Shown here in pieces: positions 44,735 to 55,398 of a DNA stretch of 64,000 nt. Below the pieces are notes generated by a model. It had not been told where the DNA came from and ran no database searches. It worked only from the letters and a program-made list of their open reading frames with translations. The translations under genes and the position numbers were made by a program. This stretch comes from an uncultured Nitrososphaerales archaeon (GTDB lineage: Archaea; Thermoproteota; Nitrososphaeria; Nitrososphaerales; Nitrososphaeraceae), in assembly GCA_963713605.1 (NCBI GenBank), contig CAVQMO010000001.1:448001-512000 (forward strand). Reading direction: 5' to 3'. Position 1 is the first letter of the stretch; every line of letters starts with the position of its first letter.

Positions 44735-47408
44735 ATGGCTAGAACACTAGATAAAACACATACTTTACTCTCTTATATTGAAGGAAGTTTAAGGAATGTG
44801 ACCATAGTCACGGGAGAAGACAAGTATAATGGATTCATATTTTCCTTGCTAAATCCTCCGGTTCCTTTGGGAGGAAATGTTGTATCGTTAGACATTTATG
44901 TCGATGAGATACCCTACCCAAAGAAGTCAATCTTCGTAGCAACTACAGAAGACATGATAAATGCAGCGTCAATTTCAGAAAACCGCCCACTTCCATTTAG
45001 ACCTTTCCAGAGTGCAAGGTTTCTTATCATTAGTAAAGATGGATTACCACAAGGGAAAAAACATAAGATCGTCATTCTAAGCAAGTTAGAGGGTTTCGAA
45101 CAAATACTTATCCCCTTTACACTTATCGACCATGTAGGTGAACAAAGAGAGAAAATAGTTATTCCATCAAATATATTGGAAGATCTCATATACGATACCA
45201 ATAGTGAAGATACCATCTTTAAGAATTTCACATCTCCTCTTATACTCTCTGGAAGGAAGGCATATATTGTTTGTTCTTCCAATGGTTCCCTTTCTGCAAA
45301 TTGGACATGGATGGGGGCCAGGTATGACAACGGAGGGTTGTATGTACCTCCCGTGCGGGCGTTTGGCAGAATTATTGTAGAGCTTTCAATTGAAGATCAA
45401 GTGAGAAAGAAGCTTCCCAATTTCGTTGCCTCCTCAAGACATGAAAAAGGTGTACTTTCAACTAGACATGAATTGGCCGGGCTTCAAGTGAAAAGAAAGT
45501 TGTTTGTCCCAACTGAACGAAAAGGATTCGTAACAATTCTTGAATTGATTGACAGAAGTATAGATCTCCCACGGCTGAGTCCCAAAAAGAGATCTGTAAA
45601 AACAAGGCGTAAGGTACGCATTCATTTTATTATAGATGGTAATATTACCAGCTACGGGCTAGCAGCTATTTCCCAGAGCAATTCTTCTAGATTCATTGAG
45701 AACGAAAATTGTCTTCAAGTGCAGACTGCGGCAAGAAAAGGAATCGCTCACTACTTTGGAACTATTGGCATTGCTCCGAAGGAATTGAAACCATCTCGAA
45801 TCCTGGTCGATACCTTCGATAATGATTTAGAACTATCATATGATATCGAGATCCCTGCCGGAGGAACAAGCGAAATCGCATTGGTTGCATCAGGAAGTTT
45901 CAATAGTTCTGGAGAATGTCTTAATGAATTCCAAACCATTAGAGACAATTATAAGCTACTTTTACGAGAAACACAAGAACATTTCAATCTTGTTATTTCA
46001 TCAAATACGCTAGATATCCAGCCAAATTCTAAGCAAAACCCGACGATTGTAAAAATTGCCAAAGCCTTCGAGAAAGCAAAAACAGGAATGGAGTATCTCA
46101 AAGCAGAATACGACGAGCTTGGCCCCGGCATCTGCGCGGGCTTGCCTCGATTTCCAAATTATTGGGCTAGAGACACAGGTTGGTCATTAAAGGGTTACCT
46201 CTCGCTTGGCGATTATGAATTTGTTTTGTCCGTCTTGGAGAACTTTTTAAGACATCAAGCTGAGGAGGACAACAAGAACTACAATTAAAGGTGAGCTTCC
46301 CATGATTATTAGCGGAAAGGCCTTTCTCCATAGTACTACTTACGGATCGGCTGACTCCACTTTTCTCTTCCCCTGGAGTATCAGAGAATATGTGTATTCA
46401 ACTGGAGACATTAGTTATCTTAAAAAAAGGTGGAACAATATAGTTGATTTGATCAACTGTGGGTTTAGTAAAGATACTGACGGTGATGGATTAATTGAAC
46501 ATGGTTTCACCGGTGTTGCAGAAATACTACCTATTCAGGATTCTACTTGGATGGACCATATAGATAGAAGAAAGAGTGCCAACGATGTGCAGGCTCTTTT
46601 CTATGAAAGCCTGCATATAGGTATCGATCTGGCAAAAATCATGGATGACAAATTACATCTCAAGAGGTGGGAAAAGGGTGCGACTAATTTAAAGCAAAAA
46701 ATTGAGTCCGAATATTGGGACAACAAGGAGGGGTTCTATTTTGATACTATAAGAAGAAACGGTACTAAAGATGCTAGTATAAGACCAAACGCTCTTGTCA
46801 TGTTATTGACTGGAGTCACTGATGTAAAGTCTCATGCCGAATCAGTACTTAGAAGGATTGAAAAAAGTGACATTACTACACCATGGGGTGTAAGGACCCT
46901 TAGCTCTCTTGATTCAAAATACCACCCAAGTCTTTATCATGATGGAGCAATCTGGCCTCTTGTTACCGGTTGGGCGGCTGCAGTTGAGACCAAGTACGGA
47001 CGTAAAGAACAAGCGCTGTACTACATCGAGTCTATGGCGGAGAGAATACTGTCTGAAAACGGGATGTTCGCAGAGACTTACAGAGGGGATAGGCCAGAAC
47101 CATTCAATTCCTGTATTTTACAAGCATGGTCGTTGGCAATGTATGTCTACTCCGTCCGCGAACTTTTTCTAGGGATGCACATCAATTTAGTTGACAACCA
47201 AATAAACTTTGATCCCCGTGTCCCAGACTCTATAAGAAGCAACTCCGTACCTATACGCTTTCACCACAAGTTCTATATTGCGGGGTCGCCACAAGACTCA
47301 GAGATTATTCTTGATCCGTATCAAGAGACAGTTAAAGTAGAATTCAGGAATTTACCAAATCAACAGGTCTTCCGTCCCGAAATCACGAGGCAGCACTTAC
47401 TCAGTTGA
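44735..47408 (+). CDS. Amylo-alpha-1,6-glucosidase-like (alpha/alpha)6 glycosidase with extra N-terminal domain (frameshift near 46270)
   Basis: AGLPRFPNYWARDT, TWMD, IRPN, YHDGAIWP, QAWS. Confidence 0.88.
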
Positions 47409-47436
47409 TATAGGTAACTAGAGGCGTGCTTTAGTT

Positions 47437-47848
47437 CTAGACCCTTCGTCCTCTTCTGCCACCCGGCTTTCTAGTGGTATCATGGGGAATGGGTGTCACG
47501 TCATCAATTCTACCGATTCGAAAGCCTGCCCTCGCTAAAGCTCTAATTGCTGCCTGGGCACCTGGACCTGGAATCCTCGGCCCCACGCCCCCCACAGCCC
47601 TTACCCTAATATGAAGAGCGTTTATCCCTTTTGTTTTGGCCATATCGGCTGCGGCCACCGCAGACTTCATCGCGGCATATGGTGAAGATTCGTATCGATC
47701 AGCTGTAACATGTCTCCCACCCGAACTAAACGAAATTGTTTCAGCCCCGCTAAGATCCGTAATATGTACCAGAGTATTATTATAGCTGACTGAAAATGTG
47801 TGCAACGCCCCACTTATATTGGACTATTTCGTTAGTTTGATCACTCAT
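47437..47848 (-). CDS. rps11: 30S ribosomal protein S11 (indel near 47790)
   Basis: [37 protein letters not shown]. Confidence 0.96.
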
Positions 47849-48087
47849 AGTTCGGAAGATATCGTTTTGCAAGTCTATATGAATGTAGTGCGTCGAGCAC
47901 ATATTTGGATTGGTTTTGACCGCGATTAGTTCAGTTTTTCCTATCCTTTAGCGTCAAAAGAGAGTGGACTTCTTCAAGTGCGAATTAATCTCCAAATTAG
48001 ACACTACTATGCTCAGCCAATGGGGTCGATTTAGCCTGCAGGTGGATATATGACAATATTCTGCATCGTCTTGTAATTGAATCGAAA

Positions 48088-49071
48088 TCACAAATCTGAA
48101 TAGCCCCTGTTTTCCAATTCCTCAGGAATATCATCTTTCCTCGTCAAAAAGACCTTCCCAGTACCCTTCGATACCTTACCAATTTCAATTAATTTCAACC
48201 CTTTAGATGTTGCCACCTGTCGCGCTCTACTCAACCTCCCTAATGGAATGGTTCCCACAATCTCGAATTCCTCACCACCGTACATTACCAAGTCCTTGCT
48301 ACTTATCCCATTCTCCGAGGCAAACTCATCGATTCCAGAAGCTATGGGAGCCCTTTCAACATGAAAATCTACATTGCTCTTAATCGCTAGTCGATACAGT
48401 GAACTGGCAAGACCGTCACTAGAATCAATAGAGGAAGAAAGAAATTTTCGAAGAGAAATTCCAAATTTGGGTCTTGGTTTAGGAAGCATCACGGACGACG
48501 TATATTTGGCCTTGATCTGTTTGTTTACCCTTGCATTATTTAAGAGTATTTTAAGACCTGCTGCAGTCCTTCCAAAGACTCCTGATGTGACAATTACGTC
48601 TCCAGGCTTTGCTCCGCTCTGAGCTGGGATTGTAGAAATTGGAATGTTAGAATGACCAAACATCGAACAGTCTATTGTAAATTCGTTGCTATGATTAGTA
48701 TCACCCCCTATGATATTAATTCCAAACTCCTTGGAAGCCCTCTTGAATCCACGAGTCAACTCTTTGATAGTGTGTAAAGAGATTGATCGGGGAAGGCCCA
48801 AGGAAAGGATGCATGCTGACGGTGTAAGCCCTTTTGCGGCGAAATCACTTACACACGATACTATACTTTTTCTGGCGACTTGCCATGACTTCATAAAGGG
48901 TGGAATGTCAGTACTCCCAACTAACATGTCGCACTTGAAAGCCAGCAGTCGGGGTCGTTTCGTCCTACCCAAATCAATAAGCGCTACATCATCTAGAGGG
49001 AATGGCAGCATGTGAAGTCGAAGCTCGGAGGACAGAATGTTAATTATCTGCTGTTCCCTCGATTCTCTCAT
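48088..49071 (-). CDS. thiL: Thiamine-monophosphate kinase
   Basis: DDVA, SDFAAKG, GGDT, DSSDGL, GGEEFE. Confidence 0.93.
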   Translation of the reverse strand: MRESREQQIINILSSELRLHMLPFPLDDVALIDLGRTKRPRLLAFKCDMLVGSTDIPPFMKSWQVARKSIVSCVSDFAAKGLTPSACILSLGLPRSISLHTIKELTRGFKRASKEFGINIIGGDTNHSNEFTIDCSMFGHSNIPISTIPAQSGAKPGDVIVTSGVFGRTAAGLKILLNNARVNKQIKAKYTSSVMLPKPRPKFGISLRKFLSSSIDSSDGLASSLYRLAIKSNVDFHVERAPIASGIDEFASENGISSKDLVMYGGEEFEIVGTIPLGRLSRARQVATSKGLKLIEIGKVSKGTGKVFLTRKDDIPEELENRGYSDL

Positions 49072-50368
49072 TGATGGCGAGTACCTTTGCCTTTATGAAC
49101 TCAAACAAATCATGAGTTTTATTCACCGTCGACTCCACTGAAATCCTCAAGATATCCTCTGTATTTGATGGCCTAACTAGAATCCATGAATTCTCATCTA
49201 ACAGTGCCTTTATCCCATCGTCAAGAATGGTTTCAGTAGCGATTTTTCGTAATGGCTCAACCAATTCGTTGATAATTTTGAATTTCGCTGAATTAGGGAC
49301 ATAGACCTTAGATCTTTGTTGTTTGTAGTTTCGAATGAATTGAAGGTATTCATCTTGTTTTTCTTCTTCTAAGCTTGAGATCAACGCACTTGCCAACAAA
49401 CCGTCTCTACACATGTTAAACTTAGGAGATATATAGCCAGCGCTGCTTCCTTCACCTCCTGCATCTGCCCCTGTCTCTAACATTTTGCTAACGACATTCG
49501 CTTCCCCTACTTTAGAGTAAACGATCTTTCCCCCTGAATATTTGATAAATTTCTCTAGAGCAAGACTAGTGTCCAAGCTCACAACAAACTTCCGGGCACC
49601 TTGGTCAATTGCTGCACCAATACACAGTAACAGGGTTGCATCTGGCTCCATTTTTCTACCGTATCTGTCTACTACAACTACCCTGTCCCCATCTAGGTCA
49701 AAAGCAAATCCGAGCGACAATTTATTATTCGTTACCAATGACCCTAATTCGTTCAAGTTTTCAACCGTTGGATCGGTCCCTCTTGAGGATACGCCGTACG
49801 CATCATTAATACCTAAATAGCCATGGCCTAATTCATGAAATAGCATGTTTACGTATCCACAATTGGCCCCACCACCGGGATCTAAACCTATCTTTTTTTT
49901 ATGGGAATGATTTCTGTCCTGCATAAAGTTCAATACGTCAGTCACATATGAGGAAGTAATTTGAAATACTGACCCTGGTTTACTTGGACTATACTCCTTA
50001 TTCGTAAGTATACTTTCTAGATCTTGCTCAGATAAACCTCTCCCATTCAAAATGAATTTTAGGCCGTTCCAATCCAAGGGATTATGTGAGGCAGTTATCA
50101 TTATTCCACCTTTATGTCTTCTTGCTTCTCTAAATGTAATAGGTGTAGGAGCAATATCTAGGTAAAATACTTGGACTCCTTGTTCCAATAGCGAGGCTAA
50201 AGTTGCGTATGCCAAGATTTGACCCGATGGCCGTGTATCCCTTGAGACGATGCATGAATTATTGCTCTTTATCAATGTCGCTGCAAAGGATCTGGTGAAC
50301 TTACTCACATCGGTTGCTCGCAAATCATTTCCATACACGCCTCTGATCCCTGAAATGGATACTTTCAT
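49040..50368 (-). CDS. Phosphohexomutase (PMM/PGM/GlmM family)
   Basis: SISGIRG, ITASHNP, FDLDGDR, RPSNTE. Confidence 0.93.
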   Translation of the reverse strand: MKVSISGIRGVYGNDLRATDVSKFTRSFAATLIKSNNSCIVSRDTRPSGQILAYATLASLLEQGVQVFYLDIAPTPITFREARRHKGGIMITASHNPLDWNGLKFILNGRGLSEQDLESILTNKEYSPSKPGSVFQITSSYVTDVLNFMQDRNHSHKKKIGLDPGGGANCGYVNMLFHELGHGYLGINDAYGVSSRGTDPTVENLNELGSLVTNNKLSLGFAFDLDGDRVVVVDRYGRKMEPDATLLLCIGAAIDQGARKFVVSLDTSLALEKFIKYSGGKIVYSKVGEANVVSKMLETGADAGGEGSSAGYISPKFNMCRDGLLASALISSLEEEKQDEYLQFIRNYKQQRSKVYVPNSAKFKIINELVEPLRKIATETILDDGIKALLDENSWILVRPSNTEDILRISVESTVNKTHDLFEFIKAKVLAINERIEGTADN

Positions 50369-50567
50369 GGTAATAGCATTATCTACCAAATATTTATTCG
50401 TGTGCAAGCTTTCGGTAAGTTATGGTTTATAGAGGTGAAGAATTGAATAAAATGTCCTTAACAGAAATCTAGTTCGGTGTATACGTACCTTAAATAATGG
50501 ATTGGCCGTGACGAAACAGGAGGCTATCCTAGACAAAAATGCTCTCATATGTAAACGCACTCCATAG

Positions 50568-51192
50568 CAAAACTATACGATATCGCTAACTGACTTCCTC
50601 AGGTTTGCAAAAATTGGAGCTGACCAAATCCTAAAGCTGGAGCCTAAGAAGGTTCAAGCTATCCTGATCAGCTACATTGTAGACATGAATGATAATAGAC
50701 GGCTAGCACCTAATAGCATGAAAGGAAGGATTGCAGCAGTAAAGACATTCTTTCTGTTAAATGATTTTGAGGGTATAAATTTAGGGTTTAAGGTAAAAAA
50801 GTATATTGGTGAATTCTATCGGGTGGCAGAGAATAGACCCCATACAAGGAAGGAAATCAAAAGACTAGTTAACGCAGCTCATACCAATAGAGATAAAGTT
50901 ATCATATTACTTTTAGCTAGTTCCGGAATGCGGAGAGAAGCCATAGTAAGATTGGCAGCTAAAGCATTTGAAAAAGATAGAGGAATATAATATATTTCTA
51001 ATCGACGTATACAAACAAGCAAGGGCGCATTATTACATCTTTTGTACTCCAGAGGCTAGGAAAGCCATAGAAGAATATCTAGATTGGAGGGCTAAGGTAG
51101 TAGAGCCTAATTTGTATGCTAAAAAACAGTTCAACTCTAAATCATCGATACCAATCAGGGTACCGGAGGCTCAATTTCATACTAAATCCTAA
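50568..51192 (+). pseudogene. Truncated tyrosine recombinase/integrase
   Basis: Core-binding region plus RDKVIILLLASSGMRREA (catalytic Arg box) and YYIFCTPEARKAIEEYL; no HxxR or Tyr C-terminus; in-frame TAG at 50565. Confidence 0.85.
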
Positions 51193-51202
51193 TGTGAAGT
51201 AC

Positions 51203-51385
51203 ATGACCGCAAAACCTTCAAATTCCAGGGTATATAGAAAAAAGTTGCATATTTCTGTTGTAAAGCTTTTTGCACTAAGCGGCAATAAATGTGCTTTCCC
51301 TCATTGAGGTGTCCAACTCGTATATACTGGTGTGAATCAAATTAAAGCTTACATGATAAACGTTTTCATATCATACAACGATTAG
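51203..51385 (+). pseudogene. HNH-nuclease-like fragment
   Basis: KLFALSGNKCAFPH* with TGA (51305) where the second Cys is expected. Confidence 0.5.
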
Positions 51386-51467
51386 AGGACGGAGAGGAAT
51401 TTATAATCTCAATTTATATATTCAAGCTCGTTTAGGTACCTATACACCTATTTTACAGAAATCTAGA

Positions 51468-51540
51468 GCCCTAGTAGCTCAGCTGGCGGAGCGAGGGTTT
51501 CGTAAACCCTAGGCCATGGGTTCAAATCCCATCTAGGGCT
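51468..51540 (+). tRNA. tRNA-Thr(CGT)
   Basis: GCCCTAG/CTAGGGC; AGGGT-TT-CGT-AA-ACCCT; GGTTCAAATCC. Confidence 0.95.
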
Positions 51541-52181
51541 CTCATCTCGGAATTGACTTCATTGCACTTCCAGCACCTGTGATAGTCATAGTATTCTAAA
51601 TATTCTAGATATCAACCTCTTAGAAATGATCAAAAGAGCGGTGAAGCCTTGCAAGATCCCTTACCTAAATCTACAGCTTTCCACAATTCCTGCGGCTAAT
51701 GCTAAATGCGTTCCAGCTGGAAGAGATTCTATAGATTTTGGGTTACTCCTTAGTATTTTGGAAACAAGGAAGTTAGATATCAATTAGGTAGATCAGCCGA
51801 TCTATCCTCTTCCGTTACCTTTGTAGATATATCACCTCAAATCAAGTGTCATTAGTTTGAATTTATCAATGAGATCCTTGCTTCCTTTTTTCTTAATTCG
51901 AACTATCGATCAAATATATATTTGGTCCGGGGATCATCAAGTTTTAACTCCACCAAACCTTGATACCTTGAATGTTTCAGAACCTAGACCATGTCTCCTC
52001 CGCCCTACACAAAATCTTCGGGTGTTAGATTATAATGGCGATCCAACCGCTCGTATCGAATCTCCATTTTTAACCGAAGCAGATGTGATAGACTTGTCTT
52101 AGGATAAATCGCTTTTCGGTAAAAGGTTAAATCTAGTTCGTTGATTACAAAAAATGTTTGAAATCTAAGAGTATTACTGAA

Positions 52182-54071
52182 ATGGCCTCGTCTAGAATCT
52201 GTACCGTCGGGATCTTCATCAGGTGTTCAAACAAAAAGCAAAGCAAAGATCAACTTTAGTAGAAAAGCTGAATCTGAGTTCTTTGTAGATAATTCTGCTT
52301 TAGCAGGGTTTACTGGAGAGCGAATTTTGTATATGGCTATACGCGAGCTCATTGAGAATTCCCTCGATTCATGCGAGGCAGAGCGGATCTTGCCAAAAAT
52401 AGCAGTATCGCTCAAACTGATAGATCCTCTAAATGATTTGTGGTCGATATCATGTGAGGACAATGGGATTGGGATCCGTTCGGATAAGGTCTCTGTAGCT
52501 GTCTGTTCGTTTCTTACCTCCGGTAAGTATGTCGAACAACAGCAACGAGGTTTATTCGGCGTTGGTCTAAAAATGATAGCGAGCATTTTCTACAAAAGAT
52601 ACGGATCATCCTCTTCGAGTATGGTCAAAATCAGCTGAAGAGGCCAGCGAATATTACTTTGAGTTACGCACGGACATTGGTACCAATAAGCCAATAGTAT
52701 TGACAAGGCGTGATACTAAGCCTAAAGAATCTATTCTCAGAGGAAAGTCTGGTTTTCGGATAGAGGCAGTCTTACGAGGACGGCTTTCCCCTATAACCAA
52801 GAATAAGATACATGATTATATAAGTCAGACCAGCATTGTGAATCCCTACGCTGTGATATCATTTTCAACGGATGATGGAAAGATTACATTTGATAAGCGA
52901 ACCACTATCATGCCTGAACCCGCCAAGAAGGTTCTTCCACACCCCGCAGACATGGATTTAAAGACGCTAAAGAAGGCAATTGGGAATCATGCTCTTCAGA
53001 AGACATCAATACAAGGTATATTATGCAATTCCTTTCAAAAGCTGTCATTTGATAAGGCCAAAGAAATTATTAAAAATGCAGGTATTGAAGCAAAACAGGC
53101 TGATAAATATAATGAACATGAGCTTATCAAAATTGTAAATATTTGCAGGCAAACTAAATTTCAATCCCCTAATGTAGACCATTTGAGCCCAATTGGAGAA
53201 CGAATCTTTACAGTCGGAATGACTACTGAGAGAGCTATCCTTACTAAGAAAGAAAACGCGATTTCAGACGACCATCCTACAGCCAAGAATATCAACAAAA
53301 GAGATGAAACCGACACTAACAGGATATTCGTCCCGGGCATGTATAATTAATAACAGACCAACAATAGTAGAATGCGGACTTGCTTACGGAGGTAATCTTT
53401 CTTATTTTAAGCTCTATCGGTTTGCGAACAAGATACCTTTGCTTTATGATGAAGGATCTGATGTAGCTAGGGAAGTAATTTCGGAAGTAGAATTAAACAA
53501 GATGGGTGTATCTAAGAAGCAAGTTAAAGAGCAATTCAGTGGTCTGGATTCTCGATCGGATCGTGCGATAGATCTCCTTCCAATCCACATATTTTTCCAT
53601 ATATGCTCTACAAAAATTCCATACAAGACTGCGGGAAAAGAAAGTATAGCATCTGAAGGTGATTTGAAAAAATATATGAAAGCCTGCCTTAGTGACCTTT
53701 ACAGAAAAGTAAGTAAGCAGATACGACATGAAATGCATTTGAGGGACGCAGAGAACAGGCTTAAACTATACAAGTATTATATACCTTTGATAGTAAATGC
53801 AATTTCTGAATCTATTGACGTTAGCGCTGAGGATCTGACTAACAGCTTTTTGACCTTGGTTGAGAGACATGTGAAGAAGGAAGCCTCTCACCCGCGATCA
53901 CTTAAGGCCAAAGCTGAGAATCACACAGTATTAAAACAGGGGCGTAATATTCGAGGACTGTATAAGAGTTCGAGGTCGACCAAGTCAAGTAAATCTTCGA
54001 AAATGAAGCGTGCGGACAGTACGCAGGAGAAAATCGAGAATTTCATGGCATCTCCGGAGGATTTGGGTTAG
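52182..54071 (+). CDS. top6B: DNA topoisomerase VI subunit B (several frameshifts)
   Basis: RELIENSLD, EDNGIGI, QQRGLFGVG, RFANKIPLLYD, YKTAGKE. Confidence 0.93.
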
Positions 54072-54073
54072 TC

Positions 54074-55180
54074 ATGGCAGCTATAGACAAACGCCATAAA
54101 GAGACAATAAAAAAGATAAAGTTACTTATGAAGGAAGTTTGCACTGATGTTCTTTCCGAAAATAAAATGCCTTCTCTCGACATAACAAAGATCGGTTATG
54201 ATAACACAGTTTGGTCAGAAGAGAAAAGGATGCTCACTGTAGGAACGAAGACAGTCCACATAAGTCCTGATACGACCAAAAAAATCCCAACCTTTTCACA
54301 GTATATTGTAATGTCCAATGCTGTTAGGAAATTGTTGGATGAGCAAATGGAGAGTACTATTAGAGGAATGTACTACGCGACCCTTAGCACGGTAGGTGAT
54401 GAAGGGAATAAGCAAAAATTCTGGACAAGCCAAGATGCATCAGATGATGCTATCAAAGCCGTAGAATTATTGACTGGAGTTCCACGGGAAGAGTTTTCTG
54501 TTACATCGAAGCCGAAGGGAATGATTTCAGGTCCCATCTTACTACGTGTCGGAGGTGACATAATAGACTGTAACCTCGGAAGTCGCGCAACATCACAATT
54601 GATTCCTACAAATATCATGGATGTAGAAATAGTCGACGTCAAAGCTAGCTTTGTGATGGTTGTTGAGAAAGACACTGTTTTGAATAATATTAGAAAATCT
54701 GGATTTATCCAAAAATACAATGCCATTTTGATGACTGGGTCAGGGGAGCCTGATAGGGCAACAAGAATGATGGTTAAGACCTTAAATGAGGTGTGGAAAA
54801 AACCAGTGGTGATATTTGCAGACGCAGACCCTTGGGGATTAGGGATCGCATTGAGGTACAAAATAGGTAGCGAATCCCTGAGCTACGATAGTGATAGGCT
54901 AGTTACTCCAGATGCAAAGGTACTGGGCATGATGTTTTCTGATATATATGATTATAACATCCCTGAAGTTGCTCGACTAACGGCATCTGAAGAGGATATA
55001 AACAGGGCCAATGACATGAAAAAGAAACAATGGTTAAAGGACAAGAAATGGCAAAAAGAATTGAATCTCTTTCTCAAGAATAAGGAAAAATGTGAACTTG
55101 ATGCTTTCTTTAAACATGGTTTCAGATATTTGGCTGAAACATACCTTCCTCAAAAATTGCGTGAGTCAGGCATCTTGTAA
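54074..55180 (+). CDS. top6A: DNA topoisomerase VI subunit A
   Basis: TIRGMYY catalytic Tyr, VVEKD, DADPWG TOPRIM. Confidence 0.96.
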   Translation: MAAIDKRHKETIKKIKLLMKEVCTDVLSENKMPSLDITKIGYDNTVWSEEKRMLTVGTKTVHISPDTTKKIPTFSQYIVMSNAVRKLLDEQMESTIRGMYYATLSTVGDEGNKQKFWTSQDASDDAIKAVELLTGVPREEFSVTSKPKGMISGPILLRVGGDIIDCNLGSRATSQLIPTNIMDVEIVDVKASFVMVVEKDTVLNNIRKSGFIQKYNAILMTGSGEPDRATRMMVKTLNEVWKKPVVIFADADPWGLGIALRYKIGSESLSYDSDRLVTPDAKVLGMMFSDIYDYNIPEVARLTASEEDINRANDMKKKQWLKDKKWQKELNLFLKNKEKCELDAFFKHGFRYLAETYLPQKLRESGIL

Positions 55181-55398
55181 AGATCGTGTACAAATAGTTA
55201 GGTTACATCCAGATCAAATCATTTGTTATTCAAACGAATTGAAATCATTCGAAATAGGCAAGAGTTCACCGAATTTAAACGTGCTTCCTAATTCTATATT
55301 TAGTAGAATTCCAAGAGCTAAGTGTTCGAGGTGTCTAAAAATCGCTTATGTGCCAATAACAGCAAATCTCCTTCCTGCTTTGCTTCATATTTGCTGTT

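Larger units (their letters stand above)
50461..51466. mobile_element. Decayed integrative element bounded by 12-bp direct repeats and 15-bp inverted repeats
   Basis: ACAGAAATCTAG at 50461-50472 and 51455-51466; GGTGTATACGTACCT (50476-50490) versus reverse complement GGTGTATAGGTACCT (51434-51448); integrase remnant inside; tRNA-Thr begins at 51468. Confidence 0.8.

Noticed and set aside
50461..51466. Casposon
   Set aside because: The ends resemble IR plus target duplication, but there is no Cas1-like or PolB sequence; the enzyme remnant is a tyrosine recombinase
51545..52150. ORFs downstream of tRNA-Thr as part of the mobile element
   Set aside because: Outside the repeat-bounded interval; no tRNA 3' duplication or recognisable product seen
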